Of a DNA stretch of 64,000 nucleotides, positions 30,482-41,201 are shown in pieces (within the stretch, counting starts at the first letter, position 1; every line of letters starts with the position of its first letter). Source of the DNA: a bacterium (GTDB lineage: Bacteria > JADJOY01). The DNA is taken from the NCBI GenBank assembly GCA_046331705.1, contig JAXLQJ010000037.1, positions 1-64,000 of the forward strand. The letters are read 5' to 3'. Below the pieces are notes generated by a model, which saw only the letters and a list, made by a program, of their open reading frames with translations, was not told the DNA's origin and did no database searches. Both the position numbers and the translations under genes were made by a program.

Positions 30482-31033
30482 CTACGATCGCGTCGGCGTG
30501 CGCAGCCCGACGCCGGAAGGCTCCTCGCTCGCGCGCCGGCGCACGCGCCAGCGCCTGACGCCCTGGTGCACCAGCTCGACCACCGCGCTCGCCGCGAGCA
30601 ACTCGGGGATCCACGCCAGGCTGGCCTCCGGCGAGACCAAGCCGATCTCGTAGCCGCGCCACGTGATCGGCCAGAAGATCGGCTCGCCGCCCGACGCGTG
30701 CCACTGGAACGAGTCCATGAAGAGGTGAGTCGCGGAGCCGAGGAGCAAGGTGAAGAACGCCGCGGCGCGGCGTTCGCGCACGAAGAGGTGGGCGAGGGCG
30801 TAACAGGCGAGGATGAGCCCCACCGGCAGGTGCCCTGGCATCCACATCCAGTACCACTGCGGCTCGGCGAGCTGGCCCGTGCGGAAGTTGATCTCGCCGA
30901 TGATCCGCACCGGAAGCCGGCTCAAGAGGTCGGGCAGGCAGTTGCCGATCACGAGCAGCACCACCCCATGCCGCAGGCGCAGGAAGCGACCCGTGAGATG
31001 GCCGGCGACGCTGTGCGTGATCAGATCAGGCAT
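30482..31033 (-). CDS. Membrane metal-dependent hydrolase (YdjM-like)
   Basis: MPDLITH, GNCLPDL, THLFMD and FWP motifs. Confidence 0.75.
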   Translation of the reverse strand: MPDLITHSVAGHLTGRFLRLRHGVVLLVIGNCLPDLLSRLPVRIIGEINFRTGQLAEPQWYWMWMPGHLPVGLILACYALAHLFVRERRAAAFFTLLLGSATHLFMDSFQWHASGGEPIFWPITWRGYEIGLVSPEASLAWIPELLAASAVVELVHQGVRRWRVRRRASEEPSGVGLRTPTRS

Positions 31034-31520
31034 CGTCCCAGCGCTCCACGAGCCCACCGCGCTCGCGATCCCAGCGGAACACGACGAGGCCGGCGCCGAG
31101 CGCGCCGAGCATCCCCACGAGCGAGGCCCGGTTCTTCCAGGGACGCGCCTCGTGGACGTAGACGCGACGCGCGTCGAGGTAGCCGTCGGACCGGAACATG
31201 CCCTCGACGCTGATGGTGACGCCGCGGTCGACGCCGGCGGGCAGCACACCGTCCGGCGGCCGAACCCGCCCCAGGCCACGGCCGGCGCGCACCACGATCA
31301 TGCCGTCCTCGATCGCGCGGACCCGCTGGACCGAGAGCCGCAGTTCCTTGCCGTTCCAGCGCGCCGGATCGGCCAGGCAGGTGGCGAACGTGATCTCGTG
31401 CATCGGCCCCGAGAAGGCGAACCACGCCATGACGCCGAATAGCGCGACCAGCGCCAGCGCCGCGCGCACGGCGCGGTTCCGGTCGCCGAAGCCGGCGGAG
31501 ATCCAGGCGGAGGTGGACAT
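31026..31520 (-). CDS. Hypothetical membrane protein (possible OB-fold periplasmic part)
   Basis: Two TM segments; 8-bp overlap with the downstream gene. Confidence 0.6.
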   Translation of the reverse strand: MSTSAWISAGFGDRNRAVRAALALVALFGVMAWFAFSGPMHEITFATCLADPARWNGKELRLSVQRVRAIEDGMIVVRAGRGLGRVRPPDGVLPAGVDRGVTISVEGMFRSDGYLDARRVYVHEARPWKNRASLVGMLGALGAGLVVFRWDRERGGLVERWDDA

Positions 31521-31678
31521 GGGGCGGGTCGCTCGACGACGCACGCGACGAAACGCCCGAGGATAACAGCAGCTCCCAACGGCCACCGTAGCTCGGCGGC
31601 GTCCGTCACGTGGGGACCGGCGCAGCTCGCACGCCGATCGAGCGCTGCGTCGCCGCGCGCCGTGACCCGCACCGCGCC

Positions 31679-31706
31679 TTGACTCCGAATCTCGCCTCCG
31701 TACACT
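31679..31706 (+). promoter_or_regulatory. Sigma70-type promoter for transaldolase
   Basis: TTGACT-N16-TACACT. Confidence 0.55.
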
Positions 31707-31840
31707 GGCCGCCGCCGTCACGGCGCGCGCCGGGCCTCCCGGGAAGAGCGGATCCCCCCGAGTCGCACGTGCCGGCCGCGGTCGCGCGCGCCGCTCTCGG
31801 CGCCATCTCACGCACGCTCGAAGGACGGAGACGCACGACG

Positions 31841-32491
31841 ATGAAGTTCTTTCTCGACACCGCGAACATCGACGAAGTGAAGGAAGGCATCGCCGCTGGC
31901 CTGGTCGACGGCATCACCACCAACCCGAGCCTGGTGGCGAAGGAAGGCAAGCCCTTTCGCGCGGTGGTGGACGAGATCCTGACGCTGGTCGACGGACCGG
32001 TGAGCCTGGAGGTCGTCTCCGTCGACGCCGAGGGCATCGTGAAGGAAGGCCGAGAGCTGGCCGCGATCCACAAGAACGTCGTGGTCAAGGTGCCGCTCAT
32101 CCCCGAGGGGTTGAAGGCGGTGCGCCAGCTTTCCAACGAAGGCATCCGCACCAACGTGACGCTGGTCTTCTCGCCGACCCAGGCCTTGCTCGCCGCCAAG
32201 GCCGGCGCGTCCTACGTGAGCCCCTTCATCGGGCGCCTCGACGACATCAGCCAGCAAGGCATGGACATCATCGAGGACATCCGCACCATCTACGACAACT
32301 ACGACTACGAGACCGAGATCCTGGTGGCCTCGATCCGTCACCCGGTCCACATCTTGGACGCGGCCCGGATCGGCGCGGACGTCTCGACGATGCCGTTCAA
32401 GGTGATGATGCAGCTGGCCCAGCACCCGCTCACGGACATCGGACTCGCCAAGTTCCTGGCCGACTGGAAGAAGGTCCCCAAGGGCGAGTGA
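31841..32491 (+). CDS. tal: Transaldolase / fructose-6-phosphate aldolase (short family)
   Basis: [40 protein letters not shown] and HPLTDIGL. Confidence 0.92.
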   Translation: MKFFLDTANIDEVKEGIAAGLVDGITTNPSLVAKEGKPFRAVVDEILTLVDGPVSLEVVSVDAEGIVKEGRELAAIHKNVVVKVPLIPEGLKAVRQLSNEGIRTNVTLVFSPTQALLAAKAGASYVSPFIGRLDDISQQGMDIIEDIRTIYDNYDYETEILVASIRHPVHILDAARIGADVSTMPFKVMMQLAQHPLTDIGLAKFLADWKKVPKGE

Positions 32492-32509
32492 GCCGCAAGC
32501 TCCGGCGGG

Positions 32510-33352
32510 TCAGTGGATGGTCGGCCGGGCCTTGGCGCCACGGCGAATGATGTGCTCGATCGCCGCGCGGTCCTCGGCCTCCGGGGTTCCCCGCAAGTAG
32601 GCGCGCAAGTCCTGGGCCGCCGCCTCGTGCGAACCGAGGCGGTGATAGAGCAAGCCGCGGTCGCGCTTCAGCATCGGGTTCTCGGGCTGGGTCAGCACCA
32701 GCCATTCCATCACCTCGAGGGTCTTCATCGCGTCGCCCCGTCCGGCGTAGACACCCCGCAGGTTGCCCAGCATCCGCGCCAGGATGTCGCGGGTGCTGGC
32801 GCGGGCGAGGTAGCGGGAGGGCAGCTGCGTCTCGGCGCCGCCCATCTGCGCGAGCAGCGCGCGGAGGTCCGCGTCGCTCACGTCGCGGCCTTGGCCGAAC
32901 GGATCGACCAACACCGACTCGCCAGGCCCGAGCACGACGCGGACCAGGAAATGCCCGGGGAAGCCCACGCCCTCGAGCGCGAGACCCACCATGCGCCCCA
33001 GGGTGATGTAGACGACGGAGAGCGAGATCGGGATGCCGAGCCGCCGCGCCAGCACGTCGTTCAGGAAGCTGTTGCGCGGATCGTAGTAATCCTCGGTGTT
33101 GCCGCGCAGACCGAGCTCGGCGAAGAGCACGCGCTCGAGCGCCGCGCGCTGGGCGCGCGGCGCCTCGGTGCTGCCGATGTGGCCGCGCACCCGCGTCGCC
33201 AGCGCGGCGAGCTCGCCGACGACCGCGTCCACGTCGAGGTCCGGATAGGCCACCAGCGCGATCGACGCGGCCGCGTGGGCGAGGGGAATGTCGTCGTCGG
33301 CGCAATCGACCAAGGCCGCGTAGCGCCGGCGCGGCGTCGACCAGTCGTTCAT
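32510..33352 (-). CDS. SirB1 family transglutaminase-like/TPR protein
   Basis: GNTEDYYDPRNSFLNDVL.RRLGIPISL, GVGFPGHF and RDRGL. Confidence 0.9.
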   Translation of the reverse strand: MNDWSTPRRRYAALVDCADDDIPLAHAAASIALVAYPDLDVDAVVGELAALATRVRGHIGSTEAPRAQRAALERVLFAELGLRGNTEDYYDPRNSFLNDVLARRLGIPISLSVVYITLGRMVGLALEGVGFPGHFLVRVVLGPGESVLVDPFGQGRDVSDADLRALLAQMGGAETQLPSRYLARASTRDILARMLGNLRGVYAGRGDAMKTLEVMEWLVLTQPENPMLKRDRGLLYHRLGSHEAAAQDLRAYLRGTPEAEDRAAIEHIIRRGAKARPTIH

Positions 33353-33489
33353 GGACGGCATTCTAAACGCAAGCCGCGCGCGCCGTGAGCCTGTCGCGAG
33401 CGACGATGGCCCCCGAGCACGCCCGCCGGGACGATGGCGGCGCAGCCAGCCGCCGGGTCGCCGCGCTAGGCTCGCGCGCGGAGGCACTC

Positions 33490-34509
33490 ATGAAGATCGA
33501 CGCCGGCATCGAAACGAATGCGCTCAGCGCGATTCCCGAGGTCGCCCGCTTGGCCGAGTCGCTCGGCTTCGACGGGCTCTGGACATCCGAGGCTGGGCAC
33601 AACCCGTACCTGCCGCTCGCGGTGGCCGCCGTCCACTCGCACCGAATCGAGCTCGGCACCGCCATCGCCGTGAGCTTCGCGCGCTCGCCGATGGTCACCG
33701 CGCAGGTCGCGTGGGACCTCCAGGCCGCGAGCCAAGGCCGATTCATCCTCGGCCTCGGCACCCAGGTGAAGGGGCACAACGAGCGGCGCTTCTCGGTGCG
33801 CTGGGAGTCGCCGGGGCCCAAGCTGCGCGAGGTGATCCTGTCGCTGCGCGCCATCTGGGACACCTTCCAGAACGGCACACCGCTCGACTTCCGCGGCCAG
33901 TTCTACCAGTTCTCGCTGATGACGCCGTTCTTCAGCGGCGGCCCCATCGAGCACCCGCGCATTCCGATCTACATCGCCGGAGTCAACGAGTACATGTGCC
34001 GGCTCGCCGGCGAGCTCTGCGACGGGTTCCACGTCCATCCCTTCCACACCACCAAGTACGTGCAGGAATTCGTGAAGCCGTTGGTGGCGGAGGGTGCGGC
34101 GAAGGCCGGCCGCGATCCTTCCCAAGTCGCGCTCACCAGCAGCATCTTCGTGGTGGCGGGCAAGGACGAGGCGGAGCGCGAGCCGATGCGCGCGCTGGTG
34201 CGTAACCAGCTCTCGTTCTACGCCTCCACCCGCACCTACGCGAAGATCCTCGAGACCCACGGATGGCAAGAGATCGGCGAGCGCTTGAGCGCGCTCTCGC
34301 GCAGCGGCGGGTGGGCCGACATGCCGGGGCTCATCAGCGACGAGATGCTGCGCGAGTGCACCGTGGAAGGGACCTGGGACGAGATTCCGGCGCTGGTGCG
34401 GCAGAAGTACGAGGGAGTCCTCGATCGCGTGTCGCTCTACTGGCCGTTCGTGCCGGGACGCGAGCCCGATGCGTGGTGGCGCCGCTTCGTCGACGTCATC
34501 CACCGCTGA
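33490..34509 (+). CDS. LLM-class putative F420-dependent oxidoreductase (TIGR03617-like)
   Basis: AVSFARSPM, AWDLQ, LGLGTQVKGHNERRF and FSLMTPFF. Confidence 0.85.
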   Translation: MKIDAGIETNALSAIPEVARLAESLGFDGLWTSEAGHNPYLPLAVAAVHSHRIELGTAIAVSFARSPMVTAQVAWDLQAASQGRFILGLGTQVKGHNERRFSVRWESPGPKLREVILSLRAIWDTFQNGTPLDFRGQFYQFSLMTPFFSGGPIEHPRIPIYIAGVNEYMCRLAGELCDGFHVHPFHTTKYVQEFVKPLVAEGAAKAGRDPSQVALTSSIFVVAGKDEAEREPMRALVRNQLSFYASTRTYAKILETHGWQEIGERLSALSRSGGWADMPGLISDEMLRECTVEGTWDEIPALVRQKYEGVLDRVSLYWPFVPGREPDAWWRRFVDVIHR

Positions 34510-36967
34510 CCCACGCGTCCGCGCCAGCGACGCGCCGCCGCGGCAGCGAGGCGAGCACGCCGAGAACCAGCAACGCCGCCGCGCTGGTGGCGAGCCCGAG
34601 CCATTGGGCGAGCGGCCGGTAGCGGAACTCCACCGCGTGCGTTCCCGCGGGCACGACGACCCCCCGTAAGGCCACGTCCACTCTCTGGATCGGCGCCTCG
34701 CGGCCGTCGATCGTGGCACCCCAGCCGGGGGCCGCGTTGTCCGCGAGCCGAAGCAGCGCACCACGGGCGGCGTGGACGTCGAGACGGATGTGCTCGTCGG
34801 TCGCGACCGTCCAGGTCACGGATTCCCTCGCGTTCGCCGCGGCGGGCTCGATGCCGGCGGGGCACGTCGCGCCATCGGCGACCAGCGCGCGCCGGCGCGG
34901 CGTGGCGTTGCTCGAACGCAGCCAGTCGAGCGCCGCCGCGGACGAAGCGACGGTCGAGCACTCGTGGACGAGCGAGGCGCGCGCGAGCGCGTTCTCGTTC
35001 GCCCACACCCACGCCTCCTCCGTGGCGCCCGTGCGCCTCCACCCGTCGCCGACCGGGCGCACGCCCGGCGCGGTGAGGACGCGGCTCACCGCCAGCAGGT
35101 CGAGAATCGGCTGCGGCCCCACGCGGGTGTAGTTGAAGTCGTACGCGTCGCGCCCGAGTGCCAGCGCCAGCCACGCCGCCGGCGTGGTCGGGATGCCGCC
35201 TTGCACGGAGAGATGGCCCGTGAGCAGACCGCGGTGCATGTCGAGCTGACCGATCCGGCTCAGCACGCCGTGCCCGGCGCGAAACGGCTCCGGGAACGGG
35301 AAGCTCGCCCCGGGCACGGTGGTGGCGACGCGCTGCGCGGGCGATGGCGGGCCGAGCGCCACGAGGACGTCGTTCGGCCAGGGCAGGCGCCGCGCCGGCA
35401 CGGGGACGATCCACGGTCGCGCGAAGCTCACCAGGTCGAGCGCCGTGAGCCCGGCGAGCATCCAGCCCGCCGCGCCCGCCTGACGCGCGACGCCACACGC
35501 GATCACGAGGCCGAGGCCGACCAAGCCGTACGCACAAGCTCTGGCGAGGGCGCTCGCGGCTGCGTGCCGCGCCTGGTCGAGCGCTGCGGGCGCGAGCGCC
35601 CGCAGCGGCTCGTTCGGCGGGAGCGCGCTCTCCTCGATCTGCGACGTCACCAGCGCGCGAAACCGCTGGTCGGCGCCAGCGGAGCGGGTGAAGACCAACC
35701 CGCTCACGAACGCCGCGACCACGACGGCGGCGAGCCCCGTGCCAGCCCAGAGCCTCCCCCGCGGCTCGGCGAGCCGCTGCTGGATGCGCTCGGCACCGAG
35801 CGCCGCGAGCCACGCTCCGGCGAGGATCGAGAGATGGAGCCAGCGCGCGGGATGCCGGGCACGACCGAAAAGCGGCATCACCTCGCGAAACCAACCGTAG
35901 AGCGGGGTCGCGTGCCCGAGCGCGAGCAACAATCCCAGGAGCAGCAGCGCACGCAGCGTCCAGCCCTCGCGCGCCGCGCGCCGCGGGACGGCCGAGAACG
36001 CGAGCGCCAGCGGCACCAGACCGAAGTAGGGCGTGACCGCCTCTTGGGTGGGGAAGCCCCAGTAGTGCGAGCCGTCGCCGAAGAAGCGCGGCGCCAGTAT
36101 CCCGAGAAGCTGGGGAATCGTGAGCCGCGCGCCGAACGCCGCGAACTCGGGCGAGAGCGCCGCGCCGCGATTGGACGTGGCGAGGAACTCGGCATAGGGG
36201 ACGACCACCGCTCCCGCGACGCCGATACCGAGACCGAGGGCGACGCCCATTCCGGCGATCGCCCGCCAACGCACCCGCGGCGCTCGACGCACCGCGCTCG
36301 GCTCCCGGGCGATCCACGCACCCGTGCCGAGACCGAAGAGCGCCAGGAAGAGCAGCGTCGAGTACAGGAATTGCGCGTGTCCGGCGAGCACCGCCAGGCC
36401 GATCGTCACCGCGGCCCACGCGACCTCGCGCGGGCTCGGGCCGTCGTCCGAGCGCATCACGCGCAACGATTGACGCAGCACCCACGGACCGAAGGCGCAC
36501 GTCGCGAGGTGCGGCAGCCCGCCCATCGGCACGTGGCCGACGGTCCATCCCGCGACTCCGTAGGCGAGCCCGCCGACGCACGCCGACGCGCTGCCGAGCG
36601 CGCGATCGCGAAGCAGCGCGTACATGCCGAGGCCAGCCCAGGCGAGATGGAGCCACCACGTCAGGTTGAGGGCACGCGGGATCGAGGTCAGCGCGTGAAG
36701 CACCGCGACCGGTGGATAGAAGAACTGCGCGATCGGCTCGGCGACGAGCGGGAAGCCGCCCACCAGCCCCGCGCACCACGCCGGCCATTCGCCGCGCGCC
36801 AACCGCCCGTACGCCCAGCTCCTCCAGAAGAACTTCTCCTGGAGCGTGTCGAAACCGTAGATCGGATCGGCCCCCCACAGGTGCGGCGCCAGCACCGCTC
36901 CCGCGGCAGCGACGATCAGCAGCGGGCCCGCCCAGGCGCGAAGGCGCGAAGTCGGGGACGGAAGCAC
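34496..36967 (-). CDS. YfhO family membrane protein (GT-C-like)
   Basis: GEWPAW..GGFPL, FYPP, many TMs and C-terminal PGWGATIDG...VPAGTHAVEFRY.P. Confidence 0.85.
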   Translation of the reverse strand: MLPSPTSRLRAWAGPLLIVAAAGAVLAPHLWGADPIYGFDTLQEKFFWRSWAYGRLARGEWPAWCAGLVGGFPLVAEPIAQFFYPPVAVLHALTSIPRALNLTWWLHLAWAGLGMYALLRDRALGSASACVGGLAYGVAGWTVGHVPMGGLPHLATCAFGPWVLRQSLRVMRSDDGPSPREVAWAAVTIGLAVLAGHAQFLYSTLLFLALFGLGTGAWIAREPSAVRRAPRVRWRAIAGMGVALGLGIGVAGAVVVPYAEFLATSNRGAALSPEFAAFGARLTIPQLLGILAPRFFGDGSHYWGFPTQEAVTPYFGLVPLALAFSAVPRRAAREGWTLRALLLLGLLLALGHATPLYGWFREVMPLFGRARHPARWLHLSILAGAWLAALGAERIQQRLAEPRGRLWAGTGLAAVVVAAFVSGLVFTRSAGADQRFRALVTSQIEESALPPNEPLRALAPAALDQARHAAASALARACAYGLVGLGLVIACGVARQAGAAGWMLAGLTALDLVSFARPWIVPVPARRLPWPNDVLVALGPPSPAQRVATTVPGASFPFPEPFRAGHGVLSRIGQLDMHRGLLTGHLSVQGGIPTTPAAWLALALGRDAYDFNYTRVGPQPILDLLAVSRVLTAPGVRPVGDGWRRTGATEEAWVWANENALARASLVHECSTVASSAAALDWLRSSNATPRRRALVADGATCPAGIEPAAANARESVTWTVATDEHIRLDVHAARGALLRLADNAAPGWGATIDGREAPIQRVDVALRGVVVPAGTHAVEFRYRPLAQWLGLATSAAALLVLGVLASLPRRRVAGADAWVSGG

Positions 36968-37117
36968 GAGTCGGATGGGGGCGGGACGAGGTGGCGCGCG
37001 ATGGTGCGGCGCGGGTGACGGGTGCGGCGCGGCTCGATGCTATCGTCCGGGCCCGAACCCGCAAAGCCGACGCGGCGACCTTCCGTCGCGCGCGTGGCGA
37101 ACCGAGGACGAGCACGC

Positions 37118-37618
<501 letters not shown>

Positions 37619-38526
37619 GGGAGTCTGCTTCCACTCGTCGCGATCCGGCCGCGTTCGCCAGCACACCAGCTCGCGGCGTGCGCTGGCGTGACGCAGCCAG
37701 CGCGTGAGCGTCCCCGGCCGTGCGCGCCGGATGCCGCGGCCGAGCGTGTACTCGAACCCCAGCCACATCTGCAGGTGACGATGGAAGCTGGCGAGCCGCT
37801 CGCCGCCGGGTCCTGCCCAGCCTGCCGGCGGCACCCAACCGAAGCCTTCCGCGAACGCTCCGCGCGCCGCGCACTCGACCGCACCGACTCGCGCGCCAGC
37901 TCGTGATTGGACGAGATAGGCGTGACCGCGGGGCGCGAGCACGCGATGGATCTCCGCGAGCTCGGCGACCAGCGCGGGCTCAGTGGTGCCGGCGATGCTG
38001 CCGTCCACGAGGTCGATGCTGCCGCTCGCGAGCGGCAGCGCGGCGGGGTCGACCAGCGCCACCAGCGCGTGGCGGGATGTAGTCCCGCCGCGCAGGCGCG
38101 CGGGCGACGTCGCCAGCAACACCGAGCGCGCGAAGCAATCCTCGAGGCCGAGCGGCACCCGGGGATCCGCAGGGTCGAGCCACGCGACGACGCCCTGGCG
38201 GGGCAGCTCGCCATGAACCGCGCGGAGCGCGCTCCAAAGCCGCGCCGCGTGCGTCGCGTCCCCGCGCGTGGCGGCATCCGCCGACGCCGCGGACGAGCGA
38301 GCGGTCGCGGCGCGAGCGAGGTCGCCACGCAGATCCCACGCCTCGAGCTCGGCGAGCCAAGGATGGCTCGTGCGGCACGGCGCACATCGCAGCGCCCCCC
38401 CGGCGGGGGTGAGCGTGCCCTTGCACTGCGGGCAGCGCACCAGCTCGGAATCCACGGGGATCATCGCGCCCGCCCCGCGCGGCGGCGACGAGCCGCACCT
38501 GGCGCGGTCGAGTAGCTTTGGGCGCG

Positions 38527-39819
38527 ATGCTGGAAGATCCGCACGCAGGAATCGCGCTGCCCGTCGACGCGTTCGGGTGCTGGGCGCGGATGTTCGCGCT
38601 GCCAGGGCTCAGCGACGCGCTGGTCTTCGCGTTCACGATGGAAGGAAAGCTGGACCTCGCGCGCCTCGCCGAGGCGCTGCGTCGGGCCGTGACGCTCCAT
38701 CATCCGGTGGCCAGCGCGCGCCTCGAGCGCTTCGGTGGGCTCTTCTATCATTGGCGCTGTCGACCGTTTCACGCCGAGCACTACCTGCGCGGGCCGTACC
38801 GCGCGCCGCGACGCTTCGATCTCGCGCACGAGCCGCCGCTGCGGGTCCACGTGGCCGACGACTCGCTGGCGTTCGAGATGAGCCACGTCGCGTTCGATGC
38901 GATCGGGTTCGCGCGCGTGGTGCGCACGGTGCTCGCCCAGTATGCCGCGTTTCCGACGCTGCTCGAGCCGCGCTTCGACGAGATCGCGATCCGACGCGAG
39001 CGCGCGCTCTTCGCGCCCCGGCCACGCGGCGTGGAGCGCAACCCGGGACGGCGGTTCGTCGATCCGATCCGCGGCGCCGTGATCGCGCGCCGCAACGATT
39101 CGATCGTGGCCACCGCGGGCGAAGGGGGGCAGGGGACCCTCCACCATCACCTCACGCTTGCGCTCGCTCCGTTGCGCGCCGCCGCACACGCCCGCGGCGT
39201 GACCCTCAACGATTGGCTGGGCGCGGGTTGCCTCGCGGCCTTCGCGGAATGGAATCGGCGCCACGGCGCGCGCGGGCGCTTCGCGTCCGTCGACCTGCCC
39301 GCCAATTTGCGACCCGCGGAGCGCGCGAGCTGGGTCGCCGCGAACGTCACCGGGACCCTGACCGTGAATCTCGACCTGGGCGACGGCACGGACGCGCCCA
39401 CGTTCGATGGAGTGCTTCGCGCCTTCCACGACGAGATGGCGCGGGCGAAGGCGGAGCAGCGCGCGTGGTCGATGGCGCCGCGCTGGCCGGTGCGCGATCA
39501 CCCCACGCTGGTCTCGGTGTGGCTGGCGCGGGCGCTGACGGCGCTCGTCGCGCGTCCACTCGTGGCGCTCGGCCCGACGCTCTTGCTGTCGAACTTCGGC
39601 GCCCTCGACGGCCTGACCGGCACCTTCGGCGACCTCGGGCTCACGCAGCTACGCGTCGAGGGCAGCGCCTACCCGATCTGGACGGTGAACGCCGTCAGCC
39701 CGGCGGACCACACGCTGGTGCTTTCCTTTTGCGTGCGGAAGAGCCATTTCTCCGCGGATTCGCTCGCGGCGTTCGCGAGCCTCACGCAGGAACGGATTCT
39801 CGCGGCATGCAAGTCCTGA
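38527..39819 (+). CDS. Stand-alone condensation-domain/CoA-dependent acyltransferase-like protein 1
   Basis: FDLAHEPPLRV, MSHVAFDAIG (HHxxxDG variant), GVTLND, PANLR and LSNFG. Confidence 0.7.
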   Translation: MLEDPHAGIALPVDAFGCWARMFALPGLSDALVFAFTMEGKLDLARLAEALRRAVTLHHPVASARLERFGGLFYHWRCRPFHAEHYLRGPYRAPRRFDLAHEPPLRVHVADDSLAFEMSHVAFDAIGFARVVRTVLAQYAAFPTLLEPRFDEIAIRRERALFAPRPRGVERNPGRRFVDPIRGAVIARRNDSIVATAGEGGQGTLHHHLTLALAPLRAAAHARGVTLNDWLGAGCLAAFAEWNRRHGARGRFASVDLPANLRPAERASWVAANVTGTLTVNLDLGDGTDAPTFDGVLRAFHDEMARAKAEQRAWSMAPRWPVRDHPTLVSVWLARALTALVARPLVALGPTLLLSNFGALDGLTGTFGDLGLTQLRVEGSAYPIWTVNAVSPADHTLVLSFCVRKSHFSADSLAAFASLTQERILAACKS

Positions 39820-41201
39820 GTCTGATCGAGCGGTTCTTCCTCGCCGCCCACGACGCTGGTCTCGGCCTTGGCGCGGGGTTCGTGGTGGGGGTGGGCGGGC
39901 GGGTGCCGCGGGCGCTGATCCGCGACGCGTGGACCATCCTCGGCGACCGCTATCCGATCGTGCGCTCGGTGCTGGTGCGACGCCGCTGGCGCGAGCACGG
40001 CTGGTCGGGATTCGCGTGGAAGGAAGTGTTCGACGCGGACTTCGGGCCGCTCTTCGTGACCGAGAGCGAGGACGCGGCGCGCTCGGGCGAGCCGCTGGCG
40101 ACGCGCCTCGATCGGGCGCTCGAGATCTACGGCAACCTGAACGTCGACATCGATCGCCAGCCGCCGGCGCAGCTGGTGGTGTTCGAGGCGGCGAGCGGCG
40201 AGACCGCGCTGGTGATCCGGATCCATCACGCCGGGCTCGACGGGATCGGGCTCGCGGTGCTGTCGCAGGATTTCGCGGAGATCCTCGACGACCTGGCGCG
40301 CGGCGAACGCCCCAGCCGCGCGCAGCTCGCGATCGCGCCGCGGGGCATGGGCCGCTATTTCTGGGCCGTCGGCGTGCGCGGGATGGTCGCGGCCTGGATC
40401 GCTCGGGCGCGTGTGAACCGCTGGAATCGCCCGCGCGCGAACGATGCGCTGCCGGTGACGTGGCACGATCGGCGGCCCGTGACCGCGAGCGTGAAGCGGG
40501 TGATCCCGAGCGAGCGCTTCGACGCGATGCGGGCAGCCGCCAAGACGAACGGGCTCTCGTTCAACGACGTGGTGCTGGCGGCGGTGGCGCGGGCCTGCGT
40601 GGCGTTCGCCGCCGCACGCGGCGTGCGCATGCGCAAGGTGACGATCTCGGTGCCGATGAACCTGCGCGCGTATCGCAGACTCGATCCCCGCGAGAGCGTC
40701 GCCAACCAGGGGATCGCCGTCGAGATCCACGTCGGCGCGCGCTGGCTCGACGATCGCGACGAGCTGCTGCACGCGATCCGAGCCCAGACGCGTGCCTACA
40801 AGGCCACTCCGCTGCCGCTGGTGACGCTGGCGCGCTCGCTCTTCCTGTTCGGCTTGCCGTATCCGTGGGTGGTGCGCTCGATGCGCGCGATGTTGCGGCG
40901 CGCGCAGGTGCCGAGGACCGCGCCCACGCTCACGGTGAGCAACGTCGGCCCGATCTGGCGGCGTCCGGACGGCAGCACCATCGACCGCATCGCCGGCTGT
41001 CCCGTGGTCTACACGCGACACGTGTACCAGAGCGGCTATCCGATGCCCGGCACCCTCGCGCTCTACACCTATCGGAACGAAGTGCAGATGGAGATGAGCT
41101 TCGCCGCGGGTGGCCTCGAGCGGGCCGACGCCGACGAGCTTCTGGGCCGGGTGCGCAGCGAGCTGTTCGCGGTTCTCGCGCTCGAGGACGCCGATGGCTG
41201 A
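39807..41201 (+). CDS. Stand-alone condensation-domain/CoA-dependent acyltransferase-like protein 2
   Basis: IHHAGLDGIG, SFNDVVLAA, VPMNLR and VSNVG. Confidence 0.78.
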   Translation: MQVLSLIERFFLAAHDAGLGLGAGFVVGVGGRVPRALIRDAWTILGDRYPIVRSVLVRRRWREHGWSGFAWKEVFDADFGPLFVTESEDAARSGEPLATRLDRALEIYGNLNVDIDRQPPAQLVVFEAASGETALVIRIHHAGLDGIGLAVLSQDFAEILDDLARGERPSRAQLAIAPRGMGRYFWAVGVRGMVAAWIARARVNRWNRPRANDALPVTWHDRRPVTASVKRVIPSERFDAMRAAAKTNGLSFNDVVLAAVARACVAFAAARGVRMRKVTISVPMNLRAYRRLDPRESVANQGIAVEIHVGARWLDDRDELLHAIRAQTRAYKATPLPLVTLARSLFLFGLPYPWVVRSMRAMLRRAQVPRTAPTLTVSNVGPIWRRPDGSTIDRIAGCPVVYTRHVYQSGYPMPGTLALYTYRNEVQMEMSFAAGGLERADADELLGRVRSELFAVLALEDADG

